Source: an uncultured Solirubrobacterales bacterium (GTDB lineage: Bacteria > Actinomycetota > Thermoleophilia > Solirubrobacterales > 70-9). Taken from it: a stretch of DNA of 64,000 bases. Every line of letters begins with the position of its first letter. The stretch's first letter is position 1. The translations under genes and the position numbers were made by a program. The notes under the pieces are model-generated. The model made no database searches, was not told the DNA's origin, and saw only the letters and a list, made by a program, of their open reading frames with translations. Shown here piece after piece: positions 16,715-25,606 of the stretch. Location of the stretch: the NCBI GenBank assembly GCA_963851045.1, contig CAWKNC010000001.1, positions 55,537-119,536 on the forward strand, written 5' to 3'.

Positions 16715-18403
16715 ATGGATGCCGCGGACCTCGACCCATCCGAGCTGAAGCGCCTGCTCGACGTGGGCCGTGCCCTCGTAGCTGAACGGGAGCCCGATGC
16801 TGTTCTGATCCAAGCCCTTGAGGTATCTCGGGAGCTCACGGGCGCTCGCTATGCGGCTATGGGAATCCTCGACGAGGACAAGAACGGGCTCGCCCGCTTT
16901 CTGACCGTGGGCATCGATCAGGAGGCCCGCGCGCGAATCGGGCCGCTGCCGCGTGGCCACGGGATTCTGGGCGAGCTGATCCGCAATCCGCGGCCGCTGC
17001 GGCTGGCGCACATCAGCGAGCACCCACGTTCATACGGATTCCCGGTCGAGCATCCGCCGATGGAGACGTTCTTGGGCGTGCCGGTGATGATCCGTGGCGA
17101 GGTCTACGGCAATCTCTACCTGACCGAAAAGGAGGGCGGGCTCGAGTTCGATGAGCACGACGAGCAGGCCCTCATCGTCTTGGGCGAGTGGGCCGCGGTG
17201 GCCGTCGAGAATGCCCGCGTACACGCGCAGGGGGTGCGCGACCGGCGCAAGATCGAAAGCGCCCTACGGGGCCTCGAGGAGACGGCAGCCCTGAACCGCG
17301 AGACGGTCGGGCCTGGTGATTTCGAGCGCGTGATCGAGCTCGTCGTCAAACGCGCGCGTTCGCTGGCCGACGCTCGCACGACGATCATGATGCTGCTCGA
17401 CGATCGCAAGATGCGCGCTGCCGCGGCTGCCGGCGAGGTACCGGCGGAGATCGTCGGCCGCGAACTTCCCAACGCTGAGTCCCTCGCGTTCGAGGTCCTG
17501 CGTGCAGGGCGCGGCCAGCTGATGTCGCCAGAAACCGCGGCTCGCTTTGCGGAGGTCAACCCCCGTGGGGCCAACGGGATCATCGTCCCCCTGCGCGCAC
17601 GCGGCACGGACCTGGGCGCTCTGGCGGTATTCGACCGCATCGACCACGAGGACCCATACGGCGCTGACGACGTGTTGATGCTCGAGTCGTTCGGTTCCAG
17701 CGCCGCCACGCGGATCTTCGCTGCCCGAGAGCTCGAAGACGAGCGGGTCAGCCTTTCCATCGCCTCGTCAGAGCGCGAACGCCAGCGCTGGGCGCGCGAG
17801 CTTCACGACGAAACGCTGCAAGAGCTTGGGGCGCTCAACGTCATGCAGGCCAGCGCCTTGGCTGGTGACGATCTCGAGACGATGCGCACCGCGCTGAACC
17901 GCTCCAACGCGCGAGTCGAACAGATCATCGCCGGACTCCAGGGTCTGATCACCGAGCTGAGACCGGCCTCGCTTGATCAGCTCGGAACCGGAGCCGCCGT
18001 GCAGACCCTGGTCGAGCGCGTGCATGATCGGACCGGCCTGCAGATCGACCTCGACCTCGACCTGGCCCACGAAGCTGGGCGTGAAGGGACCCGCCATGAG
18101 CCCGAACTCGAAGCGACGCTTTACAGGCTCGTCCAGGAGGCGCTGAGCAACGTTGTCAAGCACGCTGACGCCACCCGTGTGCGGGTCAAGATCGAGGAGA
18201 ACGGCGGCGCGGTGACTGTCACCGTCGAGGACGACGGGCGGGGATTCGAAGGAGGCACCGGCACGTCGGGAACGGGATTTGGCCTGGTCGGGATGCGGGA
18301 GCGAGTTGCGCTGCGTGGCGGTGAGCTGGAGATCGCCACGGCCGAGGACGGTGGAACTCGGCTGGCGGCCACGCTCCCCGTGGTGCGAGCCAGCCCACCC
18401 TAG
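16715..18403 (+). CDS. GAF-GAF sensor histidine kinase (HisKA_3 / HATPase_c), DevS/DosT-like architecture
   Basis: Two GAF domains (..GFPVEHPPMETFLGVPVMIRGEVYGNLYLTEK..). HisKA_3 H-box ERERQRWARELHDETLQEL. ATPase boxes EALSNVVKHA, DDGRGF, GFGLVGMRERV. No TM segment. Confidence 0.9.
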   Translation: MDAADLDPSELKRLLDVGRALVAEREPDAVLIQALEVSRELTGARYAAMGILDEDKNGLARFLTVGIDQEARARIGPLPRGHGILGELIRNPRPLRLAHISEHPRSYGFPVEHPPMETFLGVPVMIRGEVYGNLYLTEKEGGLEFDEHDEQALIVLGEWAAVAVENARVHAQGVRDRRKIESALRGLEETAALNRETVGPGDFERVIELVVKRARSLADARTTIMMLLDDRKMRAAAAAGEVPAEIVGRELPNAESLAFEVLRAGRGQLMSPETAARFAEVNPRGANGIIVPLRARGTDLGALAVFDRIDHEDPYGADDVLMLESFGSSAATRIFAARELEDERVSLSIASSERERQRWARELHDETLQELGALNVMQASALAGDDLETMRTALNRSNARVEQIIAGLQGLITELRPASLDQLGTGAAVQTLVERVHDRTGLQIDLDLDLAHEAGREGTRHEPELEATLYRLVQEALSNVVKHADATRVRVKIEENGGAVTVTVEDDGRGFEGGTGTSGTGFGLVGMRERVALRGGELEIATAEDGGTRLAATLPVVRASPP

Positions 18404-18516
18404 TCCGGGCTTACTACGCAGCTGGTTAGGCGGTTGCCGCCGATGGCGATCCGGTTTCACGCGCTTACCGTCTGGGCCATGGCCGTCGAACTCCATCGCA
18501 GCCCCGGTGAGACCTC

Positions 18517-19362
18517 GTGAGCGCACGAGCCGACGCAGAAACCGCTGGGGCTGGCGTGACCTCGGAAAGCCCGTTCACCCGGATCATCTGCGCCGTGGAT
18601 GGATCGCCAACGAGCCTGCTGGGCATCGAGCGGGCGCAGTCGCTCGCGCCGAAGGCAGCCATCAGCGCGGTCGCCGTCCTCGACCCACGCGACGCGCTCC
18701 CAACTGGCGTGAGCCAGGCGCGTGCTCGATGCGAGGGTTGGCTTCAGGAGGCGGCGCATGACTTCCCCGACGTCGACCTCCGGGTGATTGCCGGCCGTGC
18801 TGTCGAGAGTCTCGGCGCACTGGCGACGGATGAAGGGGCGGACCTGATCGTCGTCGGCGCCAGTCGCAGCTCTCAGCAGGCGGGACTGCTCCATCGATCA
18901 GTGACAACCGGCCTCGGTTACGCGGCCCCGTGCTCGCTGCTCGTTGCGCGACCCTCCGCCAACTTTCCCGAGCCGATCGTCCTCGCGAGCGACGGCTCGC
19001 GAACGAGCCTGGACGCGACCGACCTCGCGGCAGACTTGGCCGCGGCCAGCGGCCGGGAGTCGGTTGTCCTCATCAACGTCGGCGATGGCGCCCAGGCCCC
19101 AGATCTCTCCGAACACGCGGTGCGGATCCTCGAGCGGACAGGCACCGAGGCGGTGGTGGTCATGGCAGACGGTGACCCAGCCCGCCAAATAGCTGACATT
19201 GCCGATCATCTCGACGCGGGCCTGGTGGTGGTGGGAAGCCGCGGGCTGAACGGCCTGAGGAGGCTCGGAAGCGTCAGCGAGCGTGTCCTGCACCGTGCGG
19301 GGTCATCTGTCCTGGTGGTCCGCCATCCCCACGACCGAGAGGAACATCGTGAACTCAACTGA
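18517..19362 (+). CDS. universal stress protein, tandem USP domains
   Basis: LIVVGASRSSQQAGLLHRSVTTGLGYAAPCSLLVAR and LVVVGSRGLNGLRRLGSVSERVLHRAGSSVLVVR. GTG start. Confidence 0.85.
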   Translation: MSARADAETAGAGVTSESPFTRIICAVDGSPTSLLGIERAQSLAPKAAISAVAVLDPRDALPTGVSQARARCEGWLQEAAHDFPDVDLRVIAGRAVESLGALATDEGADLIVVGASRSSQQAGLLHRSVTTGLGYAAPCSLLVARPSANFPEPIVLASDGSRTSLDATDLAADLAAASGRESVVLINVGDGAQAPDLSEHAVRILERTGTEAVVVMADGDPARQIADIADHLDAGLVVVGSRGLNGLRRLGSVSERVLHRAGSSVLVVRHPHDREEHRELN

Positions 19363-20587
19363 GTCCAAGCCAAGGATCGTCATCGCCGGTGGCGGCATTG
19401 CGGGCATCGAGGCGGCATTGGCGCTCCACGAGCTCGCTCCGGGTCGTGCGGACGTGTCGCTTCTGGCGCCTAACGTCGACTTTCTCTACAAGCCGCTGAC
19501 GGTCGCCGAGCCGTTCACGCACCAGCCGGCTGAAACGCATGAGCTCGATCCGGCTCTAGCCGAGATCGGCGTGAGTTTTGAACGTGCGATGGTGGAATCC
19601 GTCTCGCCTGACGAGCACACGGTGACGGTGCCGGGCGGCCGGACTGTCCCATACGACATCCTCATTGTCTGCGTTGGCGGCAAGCCGAGTCCGGCGTACG
19701 ACAACGTCGAGACCTTCTGGAGCGACCGTGTCGACCTGCCCGTGGACGAGCTCATCCATCGAGCCCACACGCTGTTTGGCCGGACCCTCACGCTCGTGGT
19801 CCCGCCCGCGACCTCCTGGGCGCTGCCGCTGTATGAGATGGCGCTGCTCATCCGGCGCCGCAGCGAGGAGCTCGGCCTCTCCGACCTGCGCCTGCGGTTC
19901 GTCACGCCCGAACCGGCGCCGCTCTCGGTCTTCGGCACGCGGGCGAGCGCCGCGATCGATCAACTGTTCAGGGCCCGCAGAATCTCGATTGAGACCGGCT
20001 GCCGTGTGGTCCAGGACGATCAAGACGATCTGCATCTCTCGCCGCAGGGCGTGCCGCTTGACAGTCCGGTCGTGCTCTCGCTTCCGGTCATCGAAGGTCC
20101 GAGGATTCAAGGACTCCCTTGTGACCCCCGAGGCTTCGTGCCGATCGACGACCACGCACGCGTCCAGGGCGTCGCCGACGTTTACGCGGCCGGCGACGGC
20201 GTCGACTTCCCGGTCAAGCAGGGCGGTCTGGCGACCCAGCAGGCGGACGCCGCCGCAGAGCACATCGCCGCACGCCTTGGCGCCGAAATCGAACCGCAGC
20301 CGTTCGTGCCGGTTCTGCGAGGCCAGTTGCTGACTGGGATGGAGTCGCTGAACCTGAAGCACGGCCTCACCGGCGGAAGCGGCGAGGGAGATGTCTCACT
20401 CGACGCTCTCTGGTGGCCGCCCGGGAAGGTCGCGGGCCGGTACCTCTCGGCATGGTTGACGAAGTCAACCCCGCACGATCTCGAGCCGCCGTCCGACTCC
20501 ATCGGCGTCGAGGCGTCGTTTCCCCGCGAATGGCACGCGACACCGATGTCCTACGACGCTGAGCCGGTGGAGAGCAGCGGCGTCTAG
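19349..20587 (+). CDS. FAD-dependent pyridine-nucleotide-disulfide oxidoreductase (sulfide:quinone reductase / NDH-2-like)
   Basis: IVIAGGGIAGIEAAL dinucleotide fold and a C-terminal VYAAGDG motif. GTG at 19349 follows GAGAGGA and overlaps the USP stop by 14 nt. Confidence 0.8.
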   Translation: MNSTESKPRIVIAGGGIAGIEAALALHELAPGRADVSLLAPNVDFLYKPLTVAEPFTHQPAETHELDPALAEIGVSFERAMVESVSPDEHTVTVPGGRTVPYDILIVCVGGKPSPAYDNVETFWSDRVDLPVDELIHRAHTLFGRTLTLVVPPATSWALPLYEMALLIRRRSEELGLSDLRLRFVTPEPAPLSVFGTRASAAIDQLFRARRISIETGCRVVQDDQDDLHLSPQGVPLDSPVVLSLPVIEGPRIQGLPCDPRGFVPIDDHARVQGVADVYAAGDGVDFPVKQGGLATQQADAAAEHIAARLGAEIEPQPFVPVLRGQLLTGMESLNLKHGLTGGSGEGDVSLDALWWPPGKVAGRYLSAWLTKSTPHDLEPPSDSIGVEASFPREWHATPMSYDAEPVESSGV

Positions 20588-21243
20588 CGTTCGACCAGGT
20601 CGTTCTCGATCGCGTAGGCGACGAGCTCGGCGCGAGTCGAAAGGTCGGTCTTGCGCTGAATATTGGCGCGGTGCGTCTCGACCGTGCGGACGCTGAGCAC
20701 GAGCTTGTCCGCGATCTCTGGATTCATATAGCCGAGCGCGATCAGCCCGAGCACCTCGACCTCTCGCGGTGTGAGGTCGTCAGGCGGACCGCTCGGCGGA
20801 TCGGGGGCAGCCGCCATGCGAGCGCCAAGGCTGGGATTGATGTACGTGTCGCCTGTGAGCACCGTCCGAACGGCGGCGACCAACTCGGCCGCCGCCGACT
20901 GCTTGACGACGAACCCCTTGGCGCCGGATTGCAGCGCCTGCTTGGCAAATGCCGGCTCGTTTTGCATCGTGACCACGATGACCGCGGTCTGCGGCGACGC
21001 TTCTGCGATCTGCGGCATCAGTTCAAGGCTTGGCTGGCCCGGCATGCTCAGATCGAGCACGAGAATGGTCGGCTTGTGGCCGAGTACGTAACGTGCCGCG
21101 CTCTCCGCGTCCGCCGCCTCGGCGACGACCTCTATGTCGGATTCGGCCTCGAGGACCATGCGTATTCCGTCGCGCACCAGTTCGTGATCGTCAGCGAGGA
21201 CGACGGTGATTGGTGCTTGCTGATTCGGCCTGGAGTCGTTCAC
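20584..21243 (-). CDS. NarL/LuxR-family response regulator (DevR/DosR-like)
   Basis: Receiver domain (VVLADDHELVRDG...ILVLDLSMPG) plus LuxR HTH (LTPREVEVLGLIALGYMNPEIADKLVLSVRTVETHRANI). Confidence 0.9.
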   Translation of the reverse strand: MNDSRPNQQAPITVVLADDHELVRDGIRMVLEAESDIEVVAEAADAESAARYVLGHKPTILVLDLSMPGQPSLELMPQIAEASPQTAVIVVTMQNEPAFAKQALQSGAKGFVVKQSAAAELVAAVRTVLTGDTYINPSLGARMAAAPDPPSGPPDDLTPREVEVLGLIALGYMNPEIADKLVLSVRTVETHRANIQRKTDLSTRAELVAYAIENDLVER

Positions 21244-21351
21244 GCGATCACCCTAACTCGCCGTGAGTACACGTCGTCAGTGCTCCGCGCCCGGGTTGCC
21301 TAGGTGCTCACTACGGAGGCCGTTCGCCCCCGCGGCCGGTAGGAACAGGGA

Positions 21352-22095
21352 ATGCTCGAGCTCCTCCTTGCGGCAACCCTGACCGTCCTGGCAACTGGCC
21401 TCGGCACGATCCCGGTGTTCCTGCTCGGCTCGCGGGCGGCGCGACTGCGCCCCGCGCTCCTCGGCATCGCGGCAGGCGTGATGGCCGTCGCGGCCACCGC
21501 CGGGATGCTGGCGCCGGCGCTCGACGACGGCAGCGTGCCCGCGGTCACTTCAGGTTTGGCAGCCGGCATTGCGTTCCTGCTCATCGCCCGCCGGCTAATG
21601 GAGCGGCGATACGACGCCGCGTCGAACGTGGTCCTGGTGGCCCATGCCAAGGCGAAACGCACCTCGACCCTCGTCTTTGCCGTGCTGTTCGTTCACAGCC
21701 TGCCCGAGGGGCTCGCGCTCGGATCGGCCTACGCGTCAACCACCCAGGGCCTGGCCCTGTTCATCTTTATCGCGATCGCAGTCCAGAACATTCCGGAGGG
21801 GACCAGCGTTGCGATCCCGATGGACGCCGCGGGCTACTCGCGATCGGCTCAGTTTTGGGCTGCGACGGCGACGAGCGCCCCCCAGCCGGTTGGCGCCGCG
21901 ATCGCCTACGTATTAACCGAGCAGGTCGACGCCCTGCTGCCGCTCTCCTTTGCGTTCGCCGCGGGAGCGATGCTTGCCTTGGTGGCGGTCGAGGTCCTGC
22001 CAGAGGCCGTACGGCAACGGCGCCGCGACGCTCTCGTCGGAGCTTTCGCAGGCGGCGCGACGATGTTCGGACTCAGCCTCGTCCTCGGAGTCTGA
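21352..22095 (+). CDS. ZIP-family divalent metal transporter
   Basis: Eight hydrophobic helices with HSLPEGLALG and QNIPEG motifs typical of ZupT/ZIP. Confidence 0.85.
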   Translation: MLELLLAATLTVLATGLGTIPVFLLGSRAARLRPALLGIAAGVMAVAATAGMLAPALDDGSVPAVTSGLAAGIAFLLIARRLMERRYDAASNVVLVAHAKAKRTSTLVFAVLFVHSLPEGLALGSAYASTTQGLALFIFIAIAVQNIPEGTSVAIPMDAAGYSRSAQFWAATATSAPQPVGAAIAYVLTEQVDALLPLSFAFAAGAMLALVAVEVLPEAVRQRRRDALVGAFAGGATMFGLSLVLGV

Positions 22096-22186
22096 TCGCC
22101 GGCGAACCGCTCCCGTAGTGACTACTGACGTTGGTCCCGCGCCCCTTGCGGATGAGCGCGCCAACGCCCAGTTCTACGGTGACCCT

Positions 22187-23050
22187 ATGAACCGGATCAC
22201 TGTCGGTTTTGACGGGACCAAGCACGCCAAGGACGCATTGCACCTGGCTGCATACCTGGCCAGTGCCACGAGCGCGAGGCTCACGGTGGCCTGTGTGTTC
22301 GAGGCTCCACCGCCGGACCTGACGCACGTTTCCTACGGGGAAGCCAAGAGCGCGTACTACTCGCGGACGTTCGCTCTGGCAGAAGCTGAGCTCGGGACAT
22401 CGGACTTCGATCGGCGAGAGCTCGACGGCGCCGTCGGCGAAGGACTGTGCGAGCTCGCCGAGAGCGAGGCTGCGGATCTCATTGTGATCGGATCTACCCA
22501 TCTCAGCGCCGTGGATCGGGTGTTCGTCGGTGCCGCCGGCACCGCCCTCTTCAATGGTGCTCCCTGCGGCGTGCTGGTTGCGACGCGAGGATGGGCACAG
22601 AGGCGATCGAGGCGACCCGGCCTGATAGGGGTCGGCTACGACGGAACCTCGGAATCGAAGCTTGCGCTCCAGTGGGCCACCCGGCTCGCGCAGGCTCTGA
22701 GGGCCGACCTGAAGATCATCACGGTCGCGCCGTTGACGCTGGGGGAACCGGGAGACGCTGCCCTTAGCGAACGCTGGTCGGACCTACTCCAAGACGGCGT
22801 CGAGAGCGTCCCCGCCGAGATCAACACGCAGCGGGTTCTGCTCCGCGGGCGGGCCGCCACCGAGCTTTCCTCCGAGTCCGGCGACCTCGACCTGCTGGTG
22901 CTCGGCTCCCGCAAGCGCGGACCGGTGCGACGCACGGTCCTGGGCAGCGTCTCAGGTGAGTTGGTTCGCATGGCCCAGGCCCCCGTTCTCGTCGTCCCGC
23001 GCAGCGCCGTGGCTGCAACGGCCATGCCGACGGCGACGGCGACGGGGTGA
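22187..23050 (+). CDS. universal stress protein, tandem USP domains
   Basis: MNRITVGFDGT..., LIVIGSTHLSAVDRVFVGAAGTALFNGAPCGVLVA and LLVLGSRKRGPVRRTVLGSVSGELVRMAQAPVLVVP. ATG at 22187 lies within ORF 21950..23050. Confidence 0.85.
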   Translation: MNRITVGFDGTKHAKDALHLAAYLASATSARLTVACVFEAPPPDLTHVSYGEAKSAYYSRTFALAEAELGTSDFDRRELDGAVGEGLCELAESEAADLIVIGSTHLSAVDRVFVGAAGTALFNGAPCGVLVATRGWAQRRSRRPGLIGVGYDGTSESKLALQWATRLAQALRADLKIITVAPLTLGEPGDAALSERWSDLLQDGVESVPAEINTQRVLLRGRAATELSSESGDLDLLVLGSRKRGPVRRTVLGSVSGELVRMAQAPVLVVPRSAVAATAMPTATATG

Positions 23051-23487
23051 CAAGCGAGCGCCGCCTGCAGGTCGCCGGGTCCGCGCTGGCCTCGGTCGGC
23101 CTTGCGATCGCCACCTACATCACGATCGCCGATAGCGCCGGGACCACTCCGGTTTGTGTCGCGGGCGGTCACGGCTGCGAGACGGTGGCGGAGAGTTCAT
23201 ACGCCGATCTGGCCGGGATTCGGGTCTCGGTGATCGGTATGGCTGGGTACCTCCTCCTGCTCGCCGCAAGCGTGACACCCGGGGATCACGGCCGGGTCAC
23301 CGGTTTTGTGGCCGCAATGGTGGGCGCAGGTTTCAGCGTGTACCTGACCTACCTCGAGCTCAGCGTCATCGATGCCGTATGTCAATGGTGCGTCGCCAGC
23401 GCCCTCGTAATGGGTCTTCTAGCCATCAGCTGCACATGGCGCTTCGTCGCCTTCGCGGGAAATAGGAACCACCAGTCAGGGGTCTGA
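23047..23487 (+). CDS. vitamin K epoxide reductase (VKOR)-family membrane oxidoreductase
   Basis: Four TM helices, a loop cysteine pair (CVAGGHGC) and the CQWC active-site motif. The GTG start overlaps the USP stop (GTGA). Confidence 0.8.
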   Translation: MTSERRLQVAGSALASVGLAIATYITIADSAGTTPVCVAGGHGCETVAESSYADLAGIRVSVIGMAGYLLLLAASVTPGDHGRVTGFVAAMVGAGFSVYLTYLELSVIDAVCQWCVASALVMGLLAISCTWRFVAFAGNRNHQSGV

Positions 23488-23489
23488 TC

Positions 23490-24188
23490 ATGGACAACCG
23501 ACAACATCGGATGAAGCTCGCTGTCGGCGGCGTGCTCACTGCGCTGATCGCCGTCGCCGTCTTGATCGCACTCAGTCAATCGGGATCGGACACCGCCGGG
23601 GGCGATGGGATCACGAAGGTCGACGCAACGATCGACCGGCTCGAAGACCTCCCGCAGGACGGCACGCTCCTTGGGAACAAGGACGCTTCGGTGCGCGTCA
23701 CCGAGTTTGGCGACCTGCAGTGCCCGGCCTGTCGCCAGTACGCCGAGGTGATCGTGCCGGAGCTGATCGACAGGTACGTTCGCACGGGCGAGGCAAGTCT
23801 CGCGTTTGAGAACTTCACGATCATTGGGCCGGACTCCGCGAGAGCAGCACTTGCCGCGTTGGCGGCTGCCGAGCAGAATCGCTACTGGCAGTTCATCGAT
23901 CTGTTCTACGCCAACCAGGGGCCCGAAGACTCCGGCTACGTCACCAACACGTTCCTGGAGGAGATCGCGTCGGAGGCCGGCGTCGAAGACATGACGGCCT
24001 GGGACGCGGACCGACGCAGCGACGAACTGGCATCGGACCTGGCGAGATCGCAGGAAAGGGCGGCACGCCTGGGCCTCGACTCAACTCCGACCCTTGTCGT
24101 CAGCGGTCCGGGTGGCAGCGTCACGCTCGCATCTCCAACGCTCGAGCAGCTTGGCACGGCGATCGAGGAGAACGCCCGGGCTCGCTGA
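23490..24188 (+). CDS. DsbA-family thiol:disulfide oxidoreductase (membrane-anchored or secreted)
   Basis: N-terminal TM/signal segment and a thioredoxin fold with CPACRQY. Starts 2 nt after the VKOR stop. Confidence 0.85.
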   Translation: MDNRQHRMKLAVGGVLTALIAVAVLIALSQSGSDTAGGDGITKVDATIDRLEDLPQDGTLLGNKDASVRVTEFGDLQCPACRQYAEVIVPELIDRYVRTGEASLAFENFTIIGPDSARAALAALAAAEQNRYWQFIDLFYANQGPEDSGYVTNTFLEEIASEAGVEDMTAWDADRRSDELASDLARSQERAARLGLDSTPTLVVSGPGGSVTLASPTLEQLGTAIEENARAR

Positions 24189-24190
24189 AG

Positions 24191-24577
24191 CTAATCGCCG
24201 GCGAGGCTGTCCGGCTCGAGCACGGCAGCGCCTGCCGCCATCACTCCGCAGAGCGCGAGCCAGCCGAGGCTGATCCCGAACAACACCAGACCGATCTCGA
24301 ACAGCCGTTGTCCCTTCGCCCCGCCGGTCGTTGCCGCGGCGATGTCGAGGCCCGCAGCGATCAGCGCCAGGCCCGCGGGCGGCACGAAGGTGATGAGCAC
24401 GAGCGCCGGGAGGTCGCCGATCTCGACTGCGGTCGCGCCGTAGGCCGCGCACGCCGCGAGCGCGAGCGCCAACAGCGCCATCGGCACTGCGCCCGAGACG
24501 CCTGTGGTTTTGGTCTGAGCCATGGCGCGCGCGAGACTATCCGCAAGCGCGACGAGTGGTCGGCTCTGGTCGTGCAA
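24191..24577 (-). CDS. small hydrophobic membrane protein, function unknown
   Basis: Three or four Ala/Leu/Gly-rich helices. The start is uncertain (TTG 24577 or ATG 24523). Confidence 0.5.
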   Translation of the reverse strand: MHDQSRPLVALADSLARAMAQTKTTGVSGAVPMALLALALAACAAYGATAVEIGDLPALVLITFVPPAGLALIAAGLDIAAATTGGAKGQRLFEIGLVLFGISLGWLALCGVMAAGAAVLEPDSLAGD

Positions 24578-24592
24578 CTCTTTTCATAGACC

Positions 24593-24907
24593 GTGGAGCC
24601 AGAAGAGACTTTTGATCCCGAGCGCCCACCGCTCGACCCCCGCGCGCGGGTCGCGATCATCGCCCTGGTGGCGTTGGCGATTGGCCTCGGGATCGCGCTC
24701 GCGCTGATCGTCTCGGATCCGCCGAAGGAGGAGGTGCTCGTCACGAGAACCTCCACGACGACGTCGACGGCCCGCCCTACCACGACGACGATCACCACGT
24801 CGACGCTGGAAACGACGACGACCACGACAACAAGCACCGACGAGACAACCACCGTGACCGAGCCGCCCGAGACCACCACGGTGACCACCACCGTCACCGG
24901 CCCCTGA
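24593..24907 (+). CDS. single-pass membrane protein with an extreme Thr-rich ectodomain
   Basis: GTG start, one TM helix (VAIIALVALAIGLGIALALIV), then about 60 aa dominated by Thr runs. The antisense poly-Val ORF is judged an artefact. Confidence 0.5.
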   Translation: MEPEETFDPERPPLDPRARVAIIALVALAIGLGIALALIVSDPPKEEVLVTRTSTTTSTARPTTTTITTSTLETTTTTTTSTDETTTVTEPPETTTVTTTVTGP

Positions 24908-24909
24908 GC

Positions 24910-25548
24910 TCAGTGGGCTGCTGTGAACCGCGCGCGGGGGTGCTTTGTCTCGATCGCCTCGTCGACGATCGCGATGGCGAAGTCCTCCATCGTGATCCGA
25001 CTGCGGCCGTCGTCGCCAGTGAGGAGGCGATCGGTGCCAACGCGATACTCGCCGGTGCGCTCACCCGGCTCGAGCACGGCGCCCGGGCTGGCGTAGGTCC
25101 ACTCGACGTCGGTCTCCGCCTCGCGTAGGACCTCAAGCGCGTCGGCCTGCGCCTGCGCCTCAGGCCTCCACTCCTCGCGAAAGTCGTGCGTGTCCATCAG
25201 GCGTGTGCCGTCGTCGTCGATCTCGAGATCGCCCGCGCCACCCGCGACCACGAGGCGCGGAACCTCGGCTCGCGAGAGCCCGACGAGCAGACTCGCGGCG
25301 ACCTCGGAAAGGACCTCCGGGTGCGAGTGCTGGGTGACGGCGCTGAGCGCGGCGTCATGTCCAGCGGCGATCGAGGCCACGGCGGACGGGTCGGTGGCAT
25401 CGGCGGTGACCACGGTGATCTCGCGCGCGACTCCCTCGAAGCGCGAGGCATCTCGTACGGCCGCACTGACCTCGAATCCGCGCTCGAGGCACTCCATGAT
25501 GAGCCGGCGGCCGAGGTCGCCGTTGGCGCCGAAAACGATCACTCTCAT
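24910..25548 (-). CDS. NAD(P)H-binding protein (NmrA / atypical SDR type)
   Basis: MRVIVFGANGDLGRRLI Rossmann N-terminus, about 212 aa. Confidence 0.8.
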   Translation of the reverse strand: MRVIVFGANGDLGRRLIMECLERGFEVSAAVRDASRFEGVAREITVVTADATDPSAVASIAAGHDAALSAVTQHSHPEVLSEVAASLLVGLSRAEVPRLVVAGGAGDLEIDDDGTRLMDTHDFREEWRPEAQAQADALEVLREAETDVEWTYASPGAVLEPGERTGEYRVGTDRLLTGDDGRSRITMEDFAIAIVDEAIETKHPRARFTAAH

Positions 25549-25606
25549 CGACCTAGTTGAGCAGAACGATCACTGGCGCCCGCGCGCCTCGTAGGGTCTC
25601 GCGAAC

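Noticed and set aside
13439-22186. A canonical mycobacterial DosR box (TTSGGGACTWWAGTCCCSAA) upstream of the USP, kinase or regulator genes.
   Set aside because: Only isolated GGGAC/GGTCCC fragments were seen by eye (for example 22133-22138), with no palindromic pair. A different candidate motif is reported instead.
24361-24897. A 178-aa minus-strand ORF with long poly-Val runs.
   Set aside because: It is the mirror image of the Thr-codon (ACG/ACC) repeats of the plus-strand Thr-rich gene. That gene has a credible TM anchor, and the poly-Val ORF has no such feature.
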